Assembly: GCA_963575745.1 (NCBI GenBank)
Contig: CAUYUJ010000151.1
Coordinates: 62,001-117,582 of the forward strand
Origin: Prorocentrum cordatum
Lineage: Eukaryota
Direction of reading: 5' to 3'
Length of the DNA stretch: 55,582 nucleotides
A program made the position numbers and the translations under genes. Of the stretch, positions 46,149 through 55,582 are shown one piece after another (position 1 is the first letter of the stretch; every line of letters starts with the position of its first letter). The notes beneath the pieces were generated by a model. It was not told where the DNA came from and did no database searches. It saw only the letters and a program-made list of their open reading frames with translations.

Positions 46149-46495
46149 GGCTGGGCCCGACGCCGCCACCCCCCGACGACGACGCCGACGACGGCGACGA
46201 CGACGACGGCGACGACGACGACGGCGACGACGACGGCGACGACGGCGACGGCGACGGCGACGACGACGCCGCCGACGACGACGCCGCCGCTCCCCGACCG
46301 CGCGGCCGAGGCCTCCCGCCCCGGCCCCGCCGCCGGGCTCCCGGCCCGGGGGCTCCCCGCCGCCGCCGGGGGCGCCCGCCGGGGGGCCCTCGGCGCCTCC
46401 TGGCGACGGCGGCGACGGCGACGACGGCGACGACGACGCCGACGACGACGACGCCGACGACGGCGACGATGGCGACGACGACGGCGGCGGAGACG

Positions 46496-46537
<42 letters not shown>

Positions 46538-47034
46538 GCGGCGACGATCACGGCGATCACGACGACCGCCACCGCCGTTTCTGGGGCACGGACATCCGGC
46601 ACCGAATCGGAAGCTCGGATCGAGCCGCAAGGAGAATCGGATCGGGCCGCAGCGGCGCGGGGCCGGGATCGGGCCGGAGCGGCCGCGCCGGGATGCACAA
46701 CAGCGCCGTGCCAACGTCGGGTCGCATCGGGTCGACGGAACATGGAATATCGACATCGATATCGACTGATCATCGAATCGACTCGATTCAGATATCGATT
46801 TCGGATCGATATCGAATATCACGATAGCGATATCGATTCGAATACCGAATTTCGGAACGTGGGATATCGTTATCGACATCGAACATCGATTTCGGATCGA
46901 TCGAATCGCAACGGACCCTGCGGGGTCCGAGGTGGGACCGCTTGTCTTGGGCTATGGGGGCGGTCCGAGCAGCTCGCCGCCTGCCCTGTGGAGCCCACTT
47001 GTGGACCCAGATGTCCGACGACAACGACGACAAC

Positions 47035-47066
<32 letters not shown>

Positions 47067-47077
47067 TAACGACGATA

Positions 47078-47135
<58 letters not shown>

Positions 47136-47204
47136 TAACGACGACAACGACGACAACGACGACGATAACGACGAGAACGACGACGACGACGATAACGACG
47201 ACGA

Positions 47205-47240
<36 letters not shown>

Positions 47241-47710
47241 TAACGACGATAACGACGACGACGACGAGGACGGCGAGGACGGCGAGGTCGACCGGCCGAC
47301 GACCGACGACCGGCGGCGCCGCCGCCGCGGCGGCGCCCAGCGGCGGGACGTCATCGTCGCCCAGGGGCTCTTGCCGGCCGGCGATCGTTCCTCGATTTCG
47401 ACCCTTGGGGGTGGGCCGTTTTCGGGCCCTATAGGGCCATCGCTACAGACAGGCAAATCGGTACGACTTGAAAATTCGGCCCGAAGGCTCGAATCGCACG
47501 AAGGTGCCAGACTGTTGGTCCAGCCAGGCCAGGGGCCGTCGGCGCAGCCAGTCTGGGGAAAAGGGTGTGTCAGCAGGTCGCATCCGAGTGGCGGGAGAAT
47601 CCTTCGTCTCGCACGGATCCAGTCTGACCATTGTACCCATACAAAATATCAACTGAGGACGGCTCTGGAATCCGAGGGCGACTTACACAGGGCAGGGGGC
47701 TAGGTGCCTT

Positions 47711-47970
47711 CTAGAATTTGACTGAGGCTCTCCTGCTAGAACTTCCCTCAGGTAGCTCCTTCTGGAATTTTACTGAGCTGCACCTCTGGGTTCCGACGTT
47801 TGGACCGTCGCGCGTTCTGGTCACTGCACCTCGCCGTCGCCGGCGTCGTCGTCGCCGCCGCAACCGCCGTCGCCGTCGCCGCCTGGAGGTTCAGTCATGC
47901 GTCCAGTCCGGGCACATCGCACCACCTTTGCCTGATGGTCTGCAGCGGCTCCTGGGCGAAGAGCTGCCTC
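47711..47970 (-). CDS. Candidate last two exons of an unidentified host gene (47970-47883 and 47829-47711)
   Basis: AG|G acceptors, an AG|GC donor and a 53-nt (GAC/GGC)n intron. The phases join into one frame, EAALRPG...TEPP-G-AVTRTRD...RRASVKF*, followed by unique UTR-like sequence. No homology recognised. Confidence 0.3.
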
Positions 47971-48029
47971 CTGGGGAAGCGGACCTCAGACCCCAGCGTC
48001 ATGCTTTTTCTCGTGACGTCGACCCCAGA

Positions 48030-49666
48030 CCCAGACCCCCGACGTCATGATTTTTTCATGACGCGACCCCCAGAGGTCCCGACCCCTTCCCTGGGACCGG
48101 TTTTTCGTCCTGAGTCGTTTTTTGACGGTCCCGAGGCCCGGTGAGGGCCCCCAGAGGCCGAAAATGGCGAAAAACCTCCCGTCGTGATTTTTTCATGACT
48201 CGAGGGGGTCTGGGACCCCAGCGCCATGCTTTTTCTCGTGACGTCGGCCCCAGAGGTTTCGACCCATTCCCTTGATCGGTTTCCCACCCTGCAGAAATTT
48301 CTGACGGTCCCGGAGCCCCGCGAGGGCCTCCAGAGGCCGAAGACGTGAAGCAGCCTCCCGCCGCAATTCTTTTCACGACGCGGAGGGGGTCTGGGCTCTG
48401 ACTGTGTCGGAAGCATGCCTCCCCCCCCCCCCCGAGCCTCGACCCCCCCCTGCCTTCCAGGGGGCACTCCCTCGTCCCGGATCCGCTTCCGAGGGCCACC
48501 GAGCCCCGAAAGCGGCCCGCGCGCGCCGAGGAAAGACCGCTGGCTGAACAAACACACATCTGAAGGGGCCCCAGGACACACAAACAAGTACACACACAAA
48601 TCAGAGACTTCCCCATATTCTCTAAAAAAGATCTTCTGGGTGTTTGTCTCTCCCCCCCCCACTTCCCATACTTCCCCACCTTTTCTGGGGCATCGAAGAT
48701 TCATGGTGTCTGTGTGCCTCTTTCCCAGACCCCCGACGTCATGATTTTTTCATGACGCGACCCCCAGAGGTCCCGACCCATTCCCCGGGACCGGTTTTTC
48801 GTCCTGAGTCGTTTTTTGACGGTCCCGAGGCCCGGCGAGGGCCCCCGGAGGCTGAAAATAGCGAAAAACCTCCCGTCGTGATTTTTTCACGACGCGAGGA
48901 GGTCTGGGTTCCCTCCTGAAGATCGCCGGCTCGTCGGAGGCCTGGGCGCCCAGGCCACCCCTCAAGCCTCCGACGGCCGTGCCCGGGACGGCCTCGGCAC
49001 CCCCGGGGACCGCCCCCGACGAGGCGCCAGCAGCCGAGAGGCACCCCGAGGCGGGCACACACTCCCGGGACGAGCGACACCGCCAGACCCCCTCGCGTGG
49101 CGAAAAAATCACGACGGGAGGTTTTTCACTATTTTCGGCCTCCGGGGGCCCTCGCCGGGCCTCGGGACAAGCAAAAAACGACTCAGGACGAAGAACCGGT
49201 CCCGGGGAAAGGGTCCAGACCTCTGGGGGTCGACGTCGTGAAAAAATCACGACGTCGGGGGTCTGGGGACCCCCGACGTAATGATTTTTTCATCACGTCG
49301 ACTCCAGAGTTCTCGACCCCTTCCCCAGGACCGGCTTGTCATCCCGAGTCGTTTTTTGACGCTCCCGAAGCCCGGTGAGGGCCCCCAGAGGCCGAAAATG
49401 GCGAAAAAACTCCCGTCACGATTTTTTCATTACTCGAGGGGGTCTGGGGAGGACCTCGAGCCCCGCACCTCGAGAAGCTCCCCCGTGGTCAGCCACCTCC
49501 CTCGCGGCTCCTCTCGAGGCCCTCGAGGCCCCAAAGATCCGATGTCGTGATTCTTTCAATGCGCGGTCCCCGGAAGCCTCGACCCATTCCCGAGGACCGG
49601 TTTTTCGTCCTGAGTCGTTTTTTGACGGGCCCGAGGCCCGGCGAGGGCCCCTGGGGGCCGAAAATT

Positions 49667-49703
<37 letters not shown>

Positions 49704-49737
49704 CGTCGTGATTTTTCCAAGACGTTGGATCTCTGGG
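48030..49737. mobile_element. Cluster of MITE family 2 copies
   Basis: Copies at 48030-48214(+), about 48217-48394(+), 48724-48908(+, TT/TT flanks), 49082-49267(-), 49268-49448(+) and about 49530-49737(+). Confidence 0.8.
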
Positions 49738-50508
49738 GAAGAAGAAGCTTCTCAGCAGTCGTGAGGGCTATTCCGAGGAGTCCCGCCGCCTTCTGAGGAG
49801 GCCTTCTCCTTCTCACTTCCCCCCCTCCTCCGCCTTCTCCTTCTCACTTCTCCTTCTCGCCTTCGCCTTCTCCTTCTGAGGAGGCCTCCTCCTCCTCCTC
49901 CTCCTCCTCCTCCTCCTGCTCCTCCCCCTCCTCCCCCTCCTCGTCCTCCTCCTCCTCCTCCTCCTCCTCCTCCTCCTCCTCGTCCTCCCCCTCCTCCTCC
50001 TCCTCCTCCTCCTCCTCCTCCTCCTCCCTCCTCCTCCTCCTCCCTCCTCCTCCTCCTCCCCCTCCTCCTCCTCCTCCTCCTCCTCCTCCTCTCTCCTCCT
50101 CCTCCTCCTCCTCCTCCTCCTCCTCCTCCTCCCTCCTCCTCCTCCTCCTCTCCTCCTCTCCTCCTCCTCCTCCTCCTCCTCCTCCTCCTCCTCCCCCTCC
50201 TCCTCCTCCTCCCTCCTCCTCCTCCTCCTCCTCCTCCTCCTCCTCCTCCTCCTCCTTCCGAGGAGGCCCCTCGAGGCTGGAAAACCTCCCGGGGGGCCGA
50301 CGAGGGCGTCCGCGAGCTGCCTCCAGGGGGGCGGGAGCCGCGGCGGGCCGCTCGTGCGGCCGCGGGCCACCGACTTGCGCGGGCGACCTCTTGCGCGCGC
50401 GGCCGCTCACCGAGCGCTCTGGGCGTGGCGGGCCACCGCTCGGGCGTCCACTGCCTGTGCTGTGTTTGTCGGTTTCGTGCGCGGCGTTTCCGCAAGGATG
50501 GTCCAGGG

Positions 50509-50691
50509 CCCAGAGATCCAACGTCTTGAAGAAATCAAGACGGAGGTGTTTCGCAAATTTCGGCCCCCAGGGGCCCTCGCCGGGCCTCGGGCCCGTCGAA
50601 AAACGACTCAGGATGAGAAACCGGTCCTGGGGAATGGGTCGAGACCTCCCGGGACCGCGCATTGAAAAAATCACGACGTCGGATCTCTGGG
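50509..50691 (-). mobile_element. MITE family 2 copy inserted in another repeat
   Basis: TIR CCCAGAGATCCAACGTC matches the other end 16/17. It interrupts a sequence found uninterrupted at about 38200-38312. Confidence 0.8.
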
Positions 50692-51420
50692 GATGCTCCT
50701 TCAGAATCCCCGCCAAAGTGCACACGTCCGAGCGATACCAAGGTGACGTCCTGGGGACTCGTCCTGGACCCCTGGCTTCGGTGGCGCCGATGTGCTCCCC
50801 ACAATTACATCCAGCGAGTTGCTGACGCTCTCGGGCGCCTTCGCTGATGGGCCTGTTTACCACCACCACCACCACGAGTTGGAGGAATGTGGTGGAGGAG
50901 GAGGAGGAGGAGGAGGAGGAGGAGGAGGAGGCGGAGGAGGAGGAGGAGCCCTCGTGGAGAGGAGGAGGAGGAGGAGGAGGAGGAGGAGGAGGAGGTGGAG
51001 GACAAGAAGGAGGAGGGGAGGAGGAGGAGGAGGAGGGGAGGAGGAGGAGGAGGAGGGGAGGAGGAGGAGGAGGAGGAGGAGGAGGAGGTGGTGGTGGTGG
51101 AGAACAGGCCATCCTTCGTGGGCCCTCGGGCGCGAGGGACGCCTCTCGGCGGCCGCGCCCCCGTCGAGGGCGCCCCGCGGGGCTGCCCGAGGTCGCCGCC
51201 CCGCGGCCGGCGGAGGCCCCAGCCGACGGAGCCGAAGGCCACCGGGCCCCCGGAAGTCTTCGGGGGCCCCCAGGGGGCCCCAAGGACCTGGTGACGTTTG
51301 ATGGTCGTCCTGATTCTGGCACGGCGCGAGGCTCGCGCCGTGAAGCGGGCGAGACGGCAAGGGGTCTTCTGGGGGGCCCCCAGGGGGGCCCCCCGGGGGG
51401 GGCCCCAAAGACTTCCGGGA

Positions 51421-51586
51421 CCAAGTCGGGCCTGTCCCTCTGCAGGGGGGGATCTATATTCAAGAATAGTCCAAAAACAGTCTGGGGACTATTTTGGAAT
51501 GATTTCTGTGACCATCTGGGAGTCTTTGCTGCGTCTTTCTTACTTTTCGTGGGAAGTCCCCCTGTAGGGGGACAGGCCCGACCTAA
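51421..51586. mobile_element. MITE family 1 copy
   Basis: Same TIRs; flanks TTCCGGGA / TTCCAGGA (7/8). Confidence 0.8.
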
Positions 51587-51773
51587 TTCCAGGAGCTAGT
51601 GGTTTTTGGCTGTCGTCTTGGCTGTTTCACGGCGCGAGGCTCGCGTCGTGCAGCAGGCGAGACGGCAGGAGGTCTGCGGCGCTCAGCCTCTGGGGGCCCT
51701 CGCCGAAGATCCCGGACTCGGGATCCGCCATCGTTTGCCTGGTTCTCCGACCTGCAAGAGGTGCCAGCCCCCG

Positions 51774-51935
51774 CCCTCCACCTTCCGCACCTTCCGCGCG
51801 GCAGGTGCCGCGCCGCGGCGGACGCCGCCGCCGCCGAAACCTCTGCTGCGGCCTCGGTGGAAGCCCCAATGGCGGCCGCAGCGGCGGCCGCCGCGGCGTG
51901 GAACCTGCCGCGCGGAAGGTGCGGAAGGTGGAGGG
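51774..51935. repeat. Fold-back element with 48-bp arms
   Basis: Arms 46/48 complementary; a related, more degenerate copy lies at about 44490-44610. Confidence 0.8.
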
Positions 51936-52283
51936 TGAGGGAGAATGGCACCCCAAACGATGCGGACAAAAACAACCAGAACTGCCGCCTCGGCAGAAAC
52001 ATAGGGCGCACATGGTCGCAAATCTGTGGTGGAACCAGCGGTGGCCACGTGCGGCGGAAGCCTACATCAAAAGAGCTTGGGAAGTGGGCGGGGAGTGTTT
52101 TTTTTTTGTGTGTGTGTGTGTGTGGTTGTGATTGTGTGTGTGTTGTTTTCCCACAGTGTGTGTGTTTTTTTTTTTTGTCTGTGTTTGGTTGTGTGTTTTT
52201 CCCCCACGTGTGTGTTTTTGTTTGTGTGTTTGTGTTGTGGGTTTGTTTGTTTGTTTGTTTGTGTTTTTACCTAACAGCTCTTG

Positions 52284-54265
52284 CTGATAGGTTTCTAGTG
52301 GGGTCAAAAGAGAGCAGCAGATGACTCCACAGGGGGGTCGGGGCGGCATCCAGGGAGCTGTGTCCGAACTCGTGTTCGAATGCGCTTTTCGCAAACAGTC
52401 ACACACTTCGTGCTCTTCGACCTCCCAGAACTCCATTCCCGGGCCACATTCTGAATGCCCGGAGCCAACTGTAGGCCACTTCGTGCTCGTCGACTTCCCA
52501 GAACTCCATTCCCGGGCCACATTTTGGATGCCCGGAGCCAACTGTAGGCCACTTCGTGCTCTTCGAGTTCCCAGAACTCCATTCCCGGGCCACATTTTGA
52601 ATGCCCGGATGCCCGGAGCCAACTGTAGGCCACTTCGTGCTCTTCGAGTTCCCAGAACTCCATTCCCGGGCCATTTTGAATGCCCGGACCCAACTGAGGC
52701 CACTTCGTTCTTCGAATGCACGGAGCCAACGTAGGCCACTTCGTGTTCTTCGATCGGTCCGAACTCCATTCGGGCCTCATTTTGAATGCTGAGGCAGTGA
52801 TGCCTGAGGCTGAGGCAGGCTGAGGCGAGGCAGCCTGAGGCTGTGGCCGAGGGGCTGAAGGCTGGAAGATCAGACTGAGGCTGAGGGCTGAGGCAGGCTA
52901 AGGCTGAGGCTGAGGCAGGCTGAGGTGAGGCAGGCTGAGGCTGAGGCTGAGGCTGATGCAGGCTGAGGCTGAGGCAGGCTGAGGCTGAGGCCGAGGCTGA
53001 AGGCAGACTGAGGCTGAGGCTGAAGCAGGCTGAGGCTGAGGCTGAGCCAGGCTGAGGCTGAGGCTGAGGCAGGCTGATGCTGAGGCAGGCTGAGGCTGAG
53101 GCTGAGGCTGATGCAGGCTGAGGCTGAGGCAGGCTGAGGCTGAGGCCGAGGCTGAAGGCAGACTGATGCTGAGGCTGAAGCAGGCTGAGGCTGAGGCTGA
53201 GGAAGGCTGAGGCTGAGGCTGAGGCAGGCTGAGGCTGAGGCTGAGGCTGAGGCTGAGGCAGGCTGATGCTGAGGCAGGCTGAGGCTGAGGCTGAGGCTGA
53301 TGCAGGCTGAGGCTGAGGCAGGCTGAGGCTGAGGCCGAGGCTGAAGGCAGAATTGAGGCTGAGGCTGAAGCAGGCTGAGGCTGAGGCTGAGGCAGGCTGA
53401 GGCTGAGGCAGGCTGAGGCTGAGGCTGAGGCTGACTGAGGCTGAGGCTGAGGCAGGGGAGGCTGAGGCCGAGGCTGAAGGCAGAACTGTTGCCGAGGCTG
53501 CTGAATCAGATTGAGGTGTGGTGAGGCAGGCTGAGGTGAGGCTGAGGCTGACTGATGCAGGCTGAGGCATGCGGCAGGCTGAGGATGAGTGAGGTGGGGC
53601 CTGAGGCTGACGGCTGAGGCAGGGCGGAAGACTGAGGCAAGGCTGAGGCAGGCTGAGGCTGAGGGCAGGATTGTGGCTGTGGCCGAGGCTGCAGGCAGAC
53701 TGAGGCTGAGCTTGAAGCAGGCTATGGCTGAGGCTGAGGCGGCTGAGGCTGAGGCTGGAGCTGAGGCAGGCTGAGGCTGAGGCTGAGGCTGAGGCTGACT
53801 GATTGCTGAGGCAGGGATGAGGCTGAGGCCGAGGCCGACGGTAGACTGAGGCTGAGGCTGAAGCAGGCTGAGGCTCAGGCAGAGGCAGGCTGAGGCTGAG
53901 GCTGAGGCAGGCTGATGCTGAGGCAAGCTGAGGCTGAGGCTGAGGCTGAAGCCGAGGCCGACGGCAGACTGAAGCTGAGGCCGAGGCTGAAGGCAGACTG
54001 ATGCTGAGGCTGAAGCAGGCTGAGGCTGAGGCTGAGGCAGGCTGAGGCTGAGGCAGGCTGAGGCTGAGGCGGAGGCAGGCTGAGGCTGAGGCTGTGACTG
54101 CGACTGCCGTTGCCACTGCGACTGTCATCGCGAATGCGACTACGACTGCGAGAACAGCAGAATTCTACAACTGGATTCTCATCTGAATCTTAAGGGGAAT
54201 GCTTCCAGATATGCTCCTACACATCGCTGTTAGGTTGCTTTGCCAGGATAGTTTGTGTTTTGTTT
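52284..54265 (-). repeat. Composite (GCCTCA)n / 73-bp-array repeat, second copy
   Basis: Same modules in reverse orientation. Confidence 0.8.
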
Positions 54266-54632
54266 TCGCCCTATTTGTGAAATCGCTGCAAGCACGGCGG
54301 ATCCGAGGTCAAAATAATCGGCTTTCGGTCCGGGGGGCCAGCGAAGGCCGACAAAAATCGAGCACCTCCCGTCGTGAGTATTGTCGGTACGCTGGGGGCT
54401 CATAGGCAGGAGGAGCGATCCCCAAACGGCCCCCCTCTGACTCGAAGAATAAAGAAGAGCAAACGTACGCTCATATCTATGCATTTTTTCTTCTGTAACT
54501 CACTGCACTGGATGCATCCCTGACTTCGGATCCTCAGTACTTTGGCTGATTTTCCCACTCGCAGAAGATTTCGAAGATGCATCCCAAACGATGCGGAACA
54601 ACCTGCGGAAAATTTTTACCTGACAGCGAAGA

Positions 54633-55582
54633 CTGATAGGTTTCTAGTGGTGTCAAAAGAGAGCAGCAAATGACTCCACAGGGGGGTCTGGGCGGCATCC
54701 GGGGAGCTGTGTCCGAACTCGTGTCCGAACTCGTTGTTCGCAAACAGTCACACACTTCGTGCTCTTCGACCTCCCAGAACTCCATTCCCGGGCCACATTC
54801 TGAATGCCCGGAGCCAACTGTAGGCCACTTCGCGTTCTTCGAGTTCCCAGAACTCCATTCCTGGGCATGATTTTGAATGCCTGGAGCCAACTGTAGGCCA
54901 CTTCGTGTTCTTCGACCTCCCAGAACTCCATTCCCGTACCACATTCTGAATGCCCGGACCCAACTGTAGGCCACTTCGTGGTCTTCAAGTTCCCAGAACT
55001 CCATTCCTGGGCATGATTTTGAATGCCCGGAGCCAACTGTAGGCCACTTCGTGTTCTTCGAGTTCCCAGAACTCCATTCCTGGGTATGAGTTTGAATGCA
55101 CGGAGCCAACTGTAGGCCACTGCAGGCTGATGCTGAGGCTGAGGCAGGCTGAGGCTGAGGCAGCCTGAGGCTGAGGCCGAGGCTGAAGGCAGACTGAGGC
55201 TGAGGCTGAAGCAGGCTGAGGCTGAGGCTGAGGCAGGCTGAGGCTGAGGCTGAGGCAGGCTGATGCTGAGGCAGGCTGAGGCTGAGGCTGAGGCTGAGGC
55301 AGGCTAATGCTGAGGCAGGCTGAGGCTGAGGCCGAGGCTGAAGGCAGACTGAGGCTGAGGCTGAAGCAGGCTGAGGCTGTGGCAGAGGCAGGCTGAGGCT
55401 GAGGCAGGCTGATGCTGAGGCAGGCTGAGGCTGAGGCTGAGGCTGATGCAGGATGAGGCTGAGGCAGCCTGAGGCTGAGGCCGAGGCTGAAGGCAGACTG
55501 AGGCTGAGGCTGAAGCAGGCTGAGGCTGAGGCTGAGGCAGGCTGAGGCTGAGGCAGGCTGAGGCTGAGGCTGAGGCAGGCTG
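54633..55582 (-). repeat. Composite (GCCTCA)n / 73-bp-array repeat, third copy (runs off the window)
   Basis: 73-bp periodicity (TAGGCCAC at 54821, 54894, 54967, 55040, 55113), then (GAGGCT)n. Confidence 0.8.

Noticed and set aside
52062..54128. 688-aa ASASA/QPQP ORF
   Set aside because: It is a product of the (GCCTCA)n and 73-bp arrays.

Overview
This is GC-rich, microsatellite-saturated eukaryotic DNA, most likely from a dinoflagellate. That is an inference from spliced-leader-like sequences, the retroelement types and GC-AG-type candidate introns. Almost all long ORFs in the track are translations of (CCT/GAG)n, (CAT/GAT)n, (GTC/GAC)n and (GCCTCA)n tracts. Two real coding elements lie on the minus strand. 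(1) A young, nearly intact tyrosine-recombinase (DIRS-order) retrotransposon at 25490-32175. It has identical split direct repeats (A1...B1-A2-B2) and encodes a small Cys/Pro-rich membrane protein, a Gag-like ORF, RT/RNase H, a nested tyrosine recombinase and a C5-cytosine DNA methyltransferase domain. (2) A full-length but decayed LINE at 9201-15795 (APE-RT-CCHC-RNase H) with a 15-bp TSD and stacked spliced-leader relics at its 5' end. The most striking observation is that the DIRS A repeat ends in a 17/22 match to the dinoflagellate spliced leader, exactly where A1/A2 identity stops. An antisense copy of the SL 3' end lies just downstream of A2. This suggests replication built around host trans-splicing, which is a hypothesis. 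The rest is several non-autonomous repeat families (two MITE families with TSDs, two array-carrying families, nested insertions) and possible short host exons that I cannot assemble into a gene.
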